From Bacilli bacterium (GTDB lineage Bacteria; Bacillota_I; Bacilli_A; ML615J-28; CAG-698), in contig JAFZWP010000022.1 of assembly GCA_017617065.1 (NCBI GenBank), forward strand, positions 141,214 to 205,213: DNA of 64,000 nucleotides, in the 5' to 3' direction. The notes under the pieces are model-generated. The model was not told the DNA's origin. It saw only the letters and a program-made list of their open reading frames with translations, and made no database searches. Below, piece after piece: positions 9,963 to 18,724 of this stretch; the first letter of the stretch is position 1; the number at the start of each line of letters is the position of its first letter. The position numbers and the translations under genes are program-made.

Positions 9963-10762
9963 TTTCCTCTAATTAGATAATTTACACCCCATATAATTGA
10001 TACACCTAATGTGAATGCTAACAAATAGCAAAACAAGAATACTATATATGGTACTTTAGGATAAATGATTGATAAGATTGGTAATGTACAATTGAAATAT
10101 GGACTGATAAAGAACATATTAAATGTTTCACCAGCGAACTTTGCTCCTTCTTTAAATAAAGCATGATACATTACAATATCGAGTAATAGTGCACCTACTA
10201 AGAAGCAAGTAAATACGATTGTTCCTGGAATAACTTCTTTAAATATATTTCTGCCTAGTTTTCTACTAGTCATCAAAAACACTCCAAGAGCAACAAGTGA
10301 TCCATGCCATATCATTGTATGAATACAAATAGTAAGCGTAGAAACAAATACATCACCAGGATAAATCATTACAGCCATTCCTGATACAAAACCAAACATG
10401 GCTAGAAAATAATAAATAGCATTATTGATTTTTTGATTCTTTATGAAAGCATTAATTAAACAAGCATACATTGGGACAGAACAAAATTGATATGGAAATG
10501 CATACCATTGATAATGTCCAGCATCAAGTGTGTATAATGTTTGTTTATATATTTCAATTGTTAATAATATCAAACCAAATATTAAAGTTACTCTTTTCGC
10601 AATCTTGTCACACTTTTCTTGGTCATTAGATAATTTAGATCCATATATACCCAAAATTATAGCTAACCCTATCGTTAAAGCAAGTGCTACAAGGTGAAAA
10701 GCACCAAATGTTTTTGGAGTTTCAATCTTCCAATCAGTTATAAGTAAAAATAAACTATTCAT
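9956..10762 (-). CDS. Polytopic membrane protein (possibly YwaF/TIGR02206-like; weak recollection)
   Basis: 7-8 hydrophobic helices. Start moved to ATG 10762 because GAGAGG lies 6 nt upstream. The track start at 10789 has no SD. Confidence 0.55.
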   Translation of the reverse strand: MNSLFLLITDWKIETPKTFGAFHLVALALTIGLAIILGIYGSKLSNDQEKCDKIAKRVTLIFGLILLTIEIYKQTLYTLDAGHYQWYAFPYQFCSVPMYACLINAFIKNQKINNAIYYFLAMFGFVSGMAVMIYPGDVFVSTLTICIHTMIWHGSLVALGVFLMTSRKLGRNIFKEVIPGTIVFTCFLVGALLLDIVMYHALFKEGAKFAGETFNMFFISPYFNCTLPILSIIYPKVPYIVFLFCYLLAFTLGVSIIWGVNYLIRGKK

Positions 10763-10825
10763 TTTATACCTCTCTTTACTCCACAACATTAACGATTATA
10801 CTCCAAATTATCTAAAAAGTAAACA

Positions 10826-10849
10826 AAAACCATTCTATAGAATGGTTTT
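10826..10849 (-). terminator. Rho-independent terminator after recX
   Basis: Minus-strand RNA AAAACCAUUC-UAUA-GAAUGGUUUU followed by UGUUUACUUUUU. Overlaps the recX stop codon. Confidence 0.7.
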
Positions 10850-11596
10850 AATTGTTACATATTCATAGCCTTTTGCAAGTAATCTTTCTACGATATAAGC
10901 TTTCTTCTCAGATTCACTCATATCTTTTTTGGATACTTTGCTAACTAACTTTTCGTAATCTTTTTTAAGATTATCAATTGAATCATCAATAAATTCTAAT
11001 TTATCAATTGTTCCTCTAATAACACTACTACTAAATCCACGTGATTGAAGTTTAGCATAAATTGATGTTTTTTGTTTTCTAATTGGATATTTGCTTAAAT
11101 GTTGTATCTCTTTTATGCTTACTTGATAACATATATCTTTTTCTAGTTCTTCACTATATACTAACATTGCATTCTTCATTATTGCTTCATCAATTCCCTT
11201 TTCATCCATCTTTTTTAAGATATATAAAGGGCCTTTTGCTAAATCTATATAATAGCTAACTAAATCATTAGCTAATTTCTCATCATCAATATAGCCATAT
11301 TCAATTAGTTTTTTTATCGTAGGCTTATAGTTTTCAATTCCTTTTTCTTTTAAATACTTAATGATTTCAAGTTTACTTCTAGGTCCATATCCTAAATATC
11401 TAATGACTTTATTAAAAGCTATTTGCTCATCATTATATTTAATGATTTTATCAAATTCTTTTTTATCATATACTTTATCATTAAATACTTCATACTTAAC
11501 AATCGTATCTTCATCAAACTTATAATCATTAATTGATGTAGTTACTAAATAATAACTTTTTTTTGCTTCAACGCTAATTATCTTAACATCATTCAT
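10835..11596 (-). CDS. recX: RecX-family regulatory protein
   Basis: Repeated three-helix RecX-like segments (VIRYLGYGPRSKLEIIKYLKEKG...YGYIDDEKLANDLV). ATG at 11596 (GAAGGA 7 nt upstream) preferred over the GTG at 11614. Overlaps the upstream gene by 8 nt. Confidence 0.6.
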   Translation of the reverse strand: MNDVKIISVEAKKSYYLVTTSINDYKFDEDTIVKYEVFNDKVYDKKEFDKIIKYNDEQIAFNKVIRYLGYGPRSKLEIIKYLKEKGIENYKPTIKKLIEYGYIDDEKLANDLVSYYIDLAKGPLYILKKMDEKGIDEAIMKNAMLVYSEELEKDICYQVSIKEIQHLSKYPIRKQKTSIYAKLQSRGFSSSVIRGTIDKLEFIDDSIDNLKKDYEKLVSKVSKKDMSESEKKAYIVERLLAKGYEYVTIKTIL

Positions 11597-12485
11597 AAGT
11601 GAATCCTTCACCACTTACTTCACTAGCTCTAACTACATAATAAAAAGCTTTAGGATCGATTTCTTTAATGATACTCTTTAAGCGATAGAATTCTCCGTTT
11701 GATAAAACACAAACAAGTTCACTTCTATTTTGATTTGTATAACCACCAATTACATTGATGTTTGTTACACCTCTTTCAAAATCATATAGAATACGTTCTT
11801 TTATTGCTTCATTATGTTCAGATATGATGTGAACTGCACGCTTATTAAAGCCATTATATACTACCGCATCCATGGCAAGTCCTGATAAGTAAATAAATAC
11901 TATAGCATATAGAAGTAAACTATAATTTCCAAGTAAGACGGAACCAATGACTACAATTGAGCCATCAACTATAATTAGTGATACTGATAGTGGCATATGA
12001 AGATATTTAAGTAATGTATATTGAATTATATCAACCCCACCAGTACTAGCACCACTTTTAATAGTTAGGCCAATTCCTGCTCCCATTAATAAAGCTGATA
12101 TGATAATGATTAAAGTCATATCAACACTTCCATCAGTAAGAGGGGAAGTGGTTTTAAATAATAAGCCAAACAACAAACTCCATAGATATGTAAAGGCTGG
12201 ATAAACAAGAGATGCATATATTGTTTTAATGAAAAATCCTTTGCCTAAAGCAAAAAAGCTAATTATTAATAATACTACGTTAAATATCAATATTACTAAC
12301 GATGTATTTAGTGGTGTAAGAGCACTAAAGATTATACCAATGCCTCCAGTTCCACCAATTACAAGTAGATTAGGATCTAGAAAGAAACTAAATGCAAATG
12401 TGGCAATTAGCAACCCTATATTAATATTAATCCAATCTTTTATTCTTTTCTTATTGGCCTTTTTTAATTCTTGCTTGTCTTCCAT
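11589..12485 (-). CDS. YitT-family membrane protein (with C-terminal DUF2179-like domain)
   Basis: 5-6 TM helices with GGTGGIGII and GASTGGVDI motifs plus a soluble C-terminal domain. Ends with TGA. Confidence 0.7.
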   Translation of the reverse strand: MEDKQELKKANKKRIKDWININIGLLIATFAFSFFLDPNLLVIGGTGGIGIIFSALTPLNTSLVILIFNVVLLIISFFALGKGFFIKTIYASLVYPAFTYLWSLLFGLLFKTTSPLTDGSVDMTLIIIISALLMGAGIGLTIKSGASTGGVDIIQYTLLKYLHMPLSVSLIIVDGSIVVIGSVLLGNYSLLLYAIVFIYLSGLAMDAVVYNGFNKRAVHIISEHNEAIKERILYDFERGVTNINVIGGYTNQNRSELVCVLSNGEFYRLKSIIKEIDPKAFYYVVRASEVSGEGFTYE

Positions 12486-12486
12486 A

Positions 12487-13608
12487 TTATTTACCTTGAT
12501 TATAACTAGATTTTAAATATGCATTAATGAATCCATCTAAATCTCCATCCATAACTGCACCAATGTTTCCTGTTTCATAATTTGTTCTATGGTCTTTAAC
12601 CATTGAATATGGATGGAATACATATGATCTAATTTGATTACCAAATGAATTATCAGTTACTTCACCACTTGCATCTTTAATTGCTTTGTTTTGTTGCTCT
12701 AATTCTAATTGATATAATTTGCTCTTTAATACTTGCATTGCGGTATCTCTATTTTGGAATTGACTTCTTTGGTTTTGACAACTAACAACAATTCCTGTCT
12801 TTAAGTGAGTAATTCGAATTGCCGATGATGTTTTATTGATATGTTGACCACCAGCTCCACTTGATCTATAAACATCAACTCTAATATCTTCTGGTTTAAT
12901 ATCAATGTTAATTTCACTATTTACACTAGGAAATACGGTAACGGATGCAAAAGATGTATGACGTCTAGCATTAGAATCAAAAGGTGAAATCCTAACAAGG
13001 CGGTGAACACCTTGTTCGCAGCGCATATAACCATATGCTTTAGGGCCTTTTACCATAAACGATACACTTTTAATTCCTGCTTCATCACCATCAAGATAAT
13101 CTAGTACTTCTACTTCGTATCCTTTTCTTTCACAATATCTTATATACATTCTATATAGCATAGAGCACCAATCTTGTGATTCAGTTCCACCAGCTCCTGG
13201 ATGCATTTCCACAATCGCATCACAATCATCATATGGTTTAGAAAGTAAAGATTTGATTTCAAATTCACCTAATTCTTTATCAATTTTATCGATCAATGAT
13301 TCTATATCGGCCATCAAATCTTCACCATCATTTTTATACATATCAAAATATAGTTCTAACTCTTCTACTTTTTCATCTAATGATACAAAACTATTAATAA
13401 CTTCTTTTTGTTCTTTTACTTCTTTTAAAATAGCTGTACTAGTTTTATTATCATTCCAAAAATTAGCTTCACTCATTAAGTTTTCATTACTTGCTAGTTT
13501 AGATTTAACCTCATCAAGTTTTAAAGAAACCTTTAATTCGCTAATTCTTTTTTTATAATCTTCAATATGTTTAATTATTTCATAATTTTCCATATTATTC
13601 TCCAACAA
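12487..13608 (-). CDS. prfB: Peptide chain release factor 2 (single uninterrupted frame)
   Basis: SPF tripeptide (RISPFDS) and GGQ (SGAGGQHINKT). 373 aa with no in-frame stop near codon 25. Confidence 0.92.
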   Translation of the reverse strand: MLENNMENYEIIKHIEDYKKRISELKVSLKLDEVKSKLASNENLMSEANFWNDNKTSTAILKEVKEQKEVINSFVSLDEKVEELELYFDMYKNDGEDLMADIESLIDKIDKELGEFEIKSLLSKPYDDCDAIVEMHPGAGGTESQDWCSMLYRMYIRYCERKGYEVEVLDYLDGDEAGIKSVSFMVKGPKAYGYMRCEQGVHRLVRISPFDSNARRHTSFASVTVFPSVNSEINIDIKPEDIRVDVYRSSGAGGQHINKTSSAIRITHLKTGIVVSCQNQRSQFQNRDTAMQVLKSKLYQLELEQQNKAIKDASGEVTDNSFGNQIRSYVFHPYSMVKDHRTNYETGNIGAVMDGDLDGFINAYLKSSYNQGK

Positions 13609-13693
13609 TACTATTCTATATATATTTTAACTTTAATTATCTAATTTTTCCAGTTTTATATAGATTTTATATAATTCAGGGAAATTCATATAT

Positions 13694-13719
13694 AAAACCT
13701 ATCCTTAAGGATAGGTTTT
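13694..13719 (-). terminator. Rho-independent terminator after secA
   Basis: AAAACCUAUCC-UUAA-GGAUAGGUUUU followed by AUAUAU on the minus-strand RNA, 5 nt after the secA stop. Confidence 0.75.
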
Positions 13720-13723
13720 ATTC

Positions 13724-16297
13724 TTATTTTCCGCAACAATTCTTATACTTCTTACCAGATCCACATGGACATGGGTCATTTCTTCCAACCTTTTGTCCTA
13801 CTCTTACTGGTACTTTCTTTTCTTCTTTACCAGATGAGGCAAAAGTTTGTTTAACTGCTTGTTCACGATGAACATTCATGTGAACAACACGACAGTTAAT
13901 TAAAGTAGTTGCGGTATTTTCAATATTTATTAACATTTCGTTGAAACGTTCGAATGCAATTTCTTGATATTCTCTTAATGGATCAATTTGGGCATATGAT
14001 TGTAATCTTACAGCTTGGCGAAGTCCATCCATTTCATCGATATGTCTAATCCAATATCTATCAACTGAAGTTAAGATTCCAGCTTTTAAAAATTCTTGAT
14101 AAATTTCTGGTGGATAATCTGTCTTCTTATTACCAAGCAATGCTTTAGTAACATCCATTAGTTTACCATGTGCTTGATCAACACTTAAGCCTTCAAAATC
14201 ACTTTCAGCAATTAGTCCTTCAGGTAAGTATTTCTTTTCTACTGCTTCAAGTATGCCTTTAGCATTTACAAGATGATGTTTAGAACTATAATCAATGTTT
14301 TCATGAACGATACGTTTGAAACAATTATCAATCATATTAACTGCTACATCAGTAATATCATCATAGAATAATACTTTATCTCTTTGACCATAGATGATTT
14401 CTCTTTGTTTACGTAACACTTCATCATATTCTAAGACATTCTTACGTGCATCATAGTTAGATCCTTCAATCTTCTTTTGCGCACTCTCTACAAACTTAGA
14501 GAACATCTTTGATTCAAGTGGTACTTCTTCACCAGTTTCACGATTTGACATCATTGATAGAACCGTTTTAAATCTTTCACTACCAAATCGCTTCATTAAA
14601 TCATCTTCAGCTGATAAATAGAATCTAGTAAAGCCTGGGTCTCCTTGACGACCAGATCTACCTCTTAACTGATTATCGATACGACGAGATTCATGTCTTT
14701 CTGTACCAATTACAGCAAGGCCTCCAACTTCTTTAACTCCAGGGCCTAACTTGATATCGGTACCACGTCCAGCCATGTTAGTAGCGATTGTTACAGCACC
14801 AAGGTAACCAGCTTTAGCGATAATTTCAGCTTCTCTTTCGTGTTGCTTAGCATTTAAGACATCATGTTTAATTCCACGTCTTTTTAATAGATCCGAAAGT
14901 AATTCTGATGTTTCAATGGCAATTGTACCAACTAAGACTGGTTGACCAATTTTGTGGCGTTCTTCAATGTCTTTAGCTATAGCTTCAAACTTTGCTTTCT
15001 TAGTAATATACATATAGTCAGGAGCATCAATCCTTATTACTGGTAAATTAGTTGGTACTTCTACTACATACATATTATAAATATTTCTAAATTCTTCTTC
15101 TTCAGTCTTAGCAGTTCCTGTCATACCAGCTAACTTCTTATACATTCTAAAGAAGTTTTGGAATGTGATTGTAGCTACAGTTACTGTTTCTTTCTTGATA
15201 TCTACATTTTCTTTAGCTTCTAATGCTTGGTGTAATCCTTCAGTATATTGTCTACCATGCATTAAACGACCAGTAAAGGCATCTACAATAATAACTGTAT
15301 TATCTTGAACTACATAGTCGATATCTTTTTGCATTATATAATTAGCTCTTAGGGCATTATTAATGCGGTGAACGATGTCAGCGTTCTTTTCTGTATATAA
15401 TTCTGTAGCGTTAGCTTTTTCACCTTCAGCGATTGTAATTTCTTCACTACCATCGCCACCACTAGAAATCATATTGAAATATTTTTCAGCTTTAAGCATA
15501 CCTTCATCAGTCAAAGATATTGTCTTTGCTTTAATATCAATATCATAATCAGTTGGCTTTAAGCCTCTTACGAAGTTATTAGCACGACGATATTTATCAT
15601 CAAATGTATCTTGCTTAGCAGATCCAGAAATAATTAGTGGGGTTCTAGCTTCATCGACTAAGATTGAGTCAACTTCATCGACGATGGCAAAGTTTAGAGG
15701 ACGTTGAACCATATCTTCTTTTCTAATTGCCATATGATCTCTTAAGTAGTCAAAACCAAGTTCGTTGTTTGTAGAATAAGTGATATCACAAGCATATTGT
15801 GCACGCTTTTCATCAGCACTAATCTCTCTAACATTTAAGCCTACTGTTAAACCTAGCCATTTGAATAATTCGCCCATTTCAGTGGCATCACGTCTAGCAA
15901 GGTATTCGTTAACTGTAACGATATGTACACCTTCGCCTGGTAAAGCATTTAAATATGCAACCATAGTTGAAGTTAAAGTTTTACCTTCACCAGTCTTCAT
16001 TTCAGCGATATTACCACCATGAAGGGCTAACGCTCCAATTACTTGAACTCTAAATGGAGTCATATGTAGAACACGAGTTGAAGCTTCTCTAACAGTAGCA
16101 TATGCTTCTACAATCAAATCATCTAGAGTTTCACCATTCTTTAGTCTTTCTCTAAACTTGACTGTTGCACCTTGCAACTCTTCATCAGTTTTTAATTTAT
16201 ATTCTTCTTGTAATGCATCAATTTGATCAGCTATCTTGGCACAGCGTTTTAATTCTTTGTAGCCAGCGTCAAATAAAGTTTTAAGCATGATCATCAC
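13724..16297 (-). CDS. secA: Preprotein translocase ATPase SecA
   Basis: MKTGEGKTL, DEVDSILVDEARTPLIISG, C-terminal zinc finger CPCGSGKKYKNCC. The exact start within the first 4 codons (GTG/ATG/ATG) is uncertain. Confidence 0.95.
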   Translation of the reverse strand: MMIMLKTLFDAGYKELKRCAKIADQIDALQEEYKLKTDEELQGATVKFRERLKNGETLDDLIVEAYATVREASTRVLHMTPFRVQVIGALALHGGNIAEMKTGEGKTLTSTMVAYLNALPGEGVHIVTVNEYLARRDATEMGELFKWLGLTVGLNVREISADEKRAQYACDITYSTNNELGFDYLRDHMAIRKEDMVQRPLNFAIVDEVDSILVDEARTPLIISGSAKQDTFDDKYRRANNFVRGLKPTDYDIDIKAKTISLTDEGMLKAEKYFNMISSGGDGSEEITIAEGEKANATELYTEKNADIVHRINNALRANYIMQKDIDYVVQDNTVIIVDAFTGRLMHGRQYTEGLHQALEAKENVDIKKETVTVATITFQNFFRMYKKLAGMTGTAKTEEEEFRNIYNMYVVEVPTNLPVIRIDAPDYMYITKKAKFEAIAKDIEERHKIGQPVLVGTIAIETSELLSDLLKRRGIKHDVLNAKQHEREAEIIAKAGYLGAVTIATNMAGRGTDIKLGPGVKEVGGLAVIGTERHESRRIDNQLRGRSGRQGDPGFTRFYLSAEDDLMKRFGSERFKTVLSMMSNRETGEEVPLESKMFSKFVESAQKKIEGSNYDARKNVLEYDEVLRKQREIIYGQRDKVLFYDDITDVAVNMIDNCFKRIVHENIDYSSKHHLVNAKGILEAVEKKYLPEGLIAESDFEGLSVDQAHGKLMDVTKALLGNKKTDYPPEIYQEFLKAGILTSVDRYWIRHIDEMDGLRQAVRLQSYAQIDPLREYQEIAFERFNEMLINIENTATTLINCRVVHMNVHREQAVKQTFASSGKEEKKVPVRVGQKVGRNDPCPCGSGKKYKNCCGK

Positions 16298-16386
16298 ATC
16301 CTTTCACTATAACCATATTAACAAAAAAGCGCCTCTTTATCAAGCAATAAATATGTTAGAGCTCTTTTTTTAATCTTCATTTAAAA

Positions 16387-16406
16387 AAGTCTACGAGTGT
16401 AGACTT
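16387..16406 (-). terminator. Rho-independent terminator after the antiporter gene
   Basis: AAGUCUAC-ACUC-GUAGACUU followed by UUUUUAAAU on the minus-strand RNA. Confidence 0.7.
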
Positions 16407-16411
16407 CTTTT

Positions 16412-17644
16412 TTATGCTGCAGAAGCAGCTTGATTTTTATCACGACGTCTAATACGTCTTGGTTCTTCTTCAATTTCTCCTGCTTTCTTAAGTGACCACT
16501 TAGTAAGAATTGGCCCAACAATTTCATAGAATAGGGTAGCTGTTAATACTACTGCCATTACTTGGGCACCATATTCACCAAGTGCAGTTGAAGCAATTTG
16601 CGCCATACCAATGGCAACACCCGCTTGAGGAAGAAGGGTAATACCCAAATAATGTTTTACATTCTTTTCTGAATGAGTTGCCCAAGCTGAGAAGAATGTA
16701 CCAAAATATTTACCTAAACTTCTTGCAATAATGTAAACTACGCCAATTATGCCAACAGTTGTAACTACATTAAATTTTAGTTCTGCTCCACTTAGTACAA
16801 AAAATAACATGAATAGTGGTGGAGTCCATCTTTCGCAACCATCAAGAATTGCTGTTGAATCACTACGTAAATTACAGAATGTAGCACCAATCATCATACA
16901 AGTTAAAAGTGATGACATGCTAAATTGTGTTTTAGTGGTAATTATTTCGCATATTGCTACGCCTAAAATTGTAGCGCATACCATTAAACATAATCTATTG
17001 GCACGTGAATGGAAAAATTTCATCATTAGCGCAAGTATTGCTCCTAATACTCCACCTATACCAATTGAAAATGCAATTTCGCATAAAGGTAAGACAACAA
17101 TTGTATAAGCAGTAATCTCTACTCCACTAGCAAATGTTTGTGCTAATGCAAAGCAAACTGAGAATACTATTAGACCAATGGCATCATCAAATGCTACAAC
17201 AGGTAATAATGTATTTGTTACTGGACCATGAGCCTTATATTGTCTTACTACCATTAGAGTCGCAGCGGGTGCAGTAGCTGTAGCTACTGCTGCTAAAACA
17301 AACACGATTGGAAGCGGTGCTCTAAATAACCATAAAGCGACTCCTACTAAAAGGGCCGCAGTTAGTGACTGCGCAATAGTGATAATAATAATCTTACCAC
17401 CTAGCTGCTTAATATTCGCTATTTTAAATTCACTTCCAATTGAGAAAGCGATGAAACCTAAAGCAACCGTTGATATGATATCAAGAGATGCTAGGTTATC
17501 ATCATTAACTATATGAAAGATTGGGCCAATTAATAAGCCCGCAACTAAATATCCTGTTACGTTTGGAAGATGAATTAGCTTCACAAGTCTTGTGGAAGCT
17601 AGACCAAACATCATCGCAATCGCAACAGCCAAAATGGCTGACAT
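16412..17644 (-). CDS. Cation:proton antiporter (CPA2 / Na_H_Exchanger-type membrane domain only)
   Basis: 410 aa, about 11-12 TM helices, N-terminus LPNVTGYLVAGLLIGP typical of KefB/CPA2-like exchangers. Only a 30-aa basic tail follows the membrane domain, with no RCK/TrkA domain. Confidence 0.75.
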   Translation of the reverse strand: MSAILAVAIAMMFGLASTRLVKLIHLPNVTGYLVAGLLIGPIFHIVNDDNLASLDIISTVALGFIAFSIGSEFKIANIKQLGGKIIIITIAQSLTAALLVGVALWLFRAPLPIVFVLAAVATATAPAATLMVVRQYKAHGPVTNTLLPVVAFDDAIGLIVFSVCFALAQTFASGVEITAYTIVVLPLCEIAFSIGIGGVLGAILALMMKFFHSRANRLCLMVCATILGVAICEIITTKTQFSMSSLLTCMMIGATFCNLRSDSTAILDGCERWTPPLFMLFFVLSGAELKFNVVTTVGIIGVVYIIARSLGKYFGTFFSAWATHSEKNVKHYLGITLLPQAGVAIGMAQIASTALGEYGAQVMAVVLTATLFYEIVGPILTKWSLKKAGEIEEEPRRIRRRDKNQAASAA

Positions 17645-17645
17645 T

Positions 17646-17981
17646 TTATTCTAAGCCCTCAATGAATAATGCTGGTACAGAGAACATAAATCCTTTTCCC
17701 TTAATACCACCTGTTGCATCATTCACAATACTTCTTAATTGTTCTACTTCTTTATCATCTTTTACAACAACAAAGATTGTAGGTTTTTCTGCGTGTTCGT
17801 AATTAACTAGTTTACTTATACTGCCAAATAGAACTGGTTCTGGTTCTATATCGTTATAAATCAATGCATGCTTAATACTTTCAGAATGCATTACAGTTCC
17901 TTTAAAATTATATTCGCTTAATTTTCTTAATATTCTAGGCATAACATCATATTCAGTTAATACTATAAAAAATACTTGCAT
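17646..17981 (-). CDS. Small PII-like (GlnB/DarA-fold-like) protein, function unknown
   Basis: 111 aa. A beta-alpha-beta pattern (FFIVLTEYDVMPRILRKLSEYNFKGTVMHSES...TIFVVVKDDKEVEQL...GFMFSVP) resembles PII-type proteins. Assignment made by eye only. Stop is 1 nt from the antiporter start. Confidence 0.35.
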   Translation of the reverse strand: MQVFFIVLTEYDVMPRILRKLSEYNFKGTVMHSESIKHALIYNDIEPEPVLFGSISKLVNYEHAEKPTIFVVVKDDKEVEQLRSIVNDATGGIKGKGFMFSVPALFIEGLE

Positions 17982-18005
17982 AATTAACCTCCATTAACCT
18001 AATAG

Positions 18006-18034
18006 ATTATACGCTCATATTATTAATATTTCAA
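18006..18034 (-). promoter_or_regulatory. Near-consensus sigma-A promoter for the PII-like/antiporter bicistron
   Basis: Minus strand TTGAAA (18034-18029), 17-nt spacer, TATAAT (18011-18006). GGAGG at 17992-17988, 6 nt before the ATG. Confidence 0.6.
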
Positions 18035-18049
18035 TTAGGGAAATAAAAA

Positions 18050-18068
18050 AAGGTGCCATTTGCACCTT
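18050..18068 (-). terminator. Rho-independent terminator after hpf
   Basis: AAGGUGC-AAAUG-GCACCUU followed by UUUUUUAUUU on the minus-strand RNA. Confidence 0.75.
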
Positions 18069-18076
18069 AAGTTTAA

Positions 18077-18631
18077 TTATTTGGCTTCAATAATACCATA
18101 ATTTTGATCTTCTCTTAAATATACAATACTAGTCTTTCCTGTTTCGCTATTAATGAAGATGTAAAAGTCATGACCTAACATTTCCATTTGCGTAATAGCA
18201 TCATCAGGTGTCATTGGAACTAAGTCAACTGTCTTAGCCCTCACTAGATTGTTTTCCATTACCTCTGCATTCAATTGTTCTGGATCAAAATCAGCTTCAG
18301 CTGCATAATACTGCGCAACTCCTTCACGACGTTTCATACTAGAATAAATTTTATCCTTGTGCTTTCTAATTTGTGCTTCTAACTTATCATAAACTAAATC
18401 GATAGCTGCAAATAAGTCACCTGCTTTTACTTCTGCACGAAGCAAGATATTCTTTGTTGGGATAGTCACCTCCACAACTTGTGAATCATCATAAACTTTA
18501 CACAATACATTAGCCTCTAAATTGTCGGCATTCTTGAAGTAATGATTTAGCCTTTGTAGCTTTTTAACAGCATAATCATTAACAGCTTCAGTAGGTGTAT
18601 ACTTGTTCTTTCCACGAACGATAACTTTCAT
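18077..18631 (-). CDS. hpf: Ribosome hibernation promoting factor, long form
   Basis: 184 aa with an N-terminal S30AE/YfiA-like domain plus a C-terminal dimerisation domain. Located upstream of secA as in Bacillus (yvyD-secA-prfB). Confidence 0.88.
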   Translation of the reverse strand: MKVIVRGKNKYTPTEAVNDYAVKKLQRLNHYFKNADNLEANVLCKVYDDSQVVEVTIPTKNILLRAEVKAGDLFAAIDLVYDKLEAQIRKHKDKIYSSMKRREGVAQYYAAEADFDPEQLNAEVMENNLVRAKTVDLVPMTPDDAITQMEMLGHDFYIFINSETGKTSIVYLREDQNYGIIEAK

Positions 18632-18656
18632 ATCTATACCTCCTTGCTACACTTAC

Positions 18657-18665
18657 ATTATAACA
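18657..18665 (-). promoter_or_regulatory. Extended -10 element (TGtTATAAT) upstream of hpf
   Basis: The minus strand reads ATGTTATAAT. GGAGG lies 7 nt before the hpf ATG. Confidence 0.45.
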
Positions 18666-18724
18666 TAATTATTAATATGCAACTATAAAATATACTAATT
18701 TTTAGTTTATTTTAATAATTATAT

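Noticed and set aside
12487-13608. Programmed +1 frameshift site in prfB
   Set aside because: Many bacteria interrupt prfB near codon 25 with an in-frame TGA. Here the frame is continuous (…VSLKLDEV…) from the ATG to the stop, so no frameshift is needed.
11589-13608. Mollicutes-type genetic code (TGA = Trp), considered because of the very low GC content
   Set aside because: RF2 (which reads UGA) is encoded and intact, the YitT-family gene ends at TGA (11591-11589), and all long ORFs are intact under the standard code.
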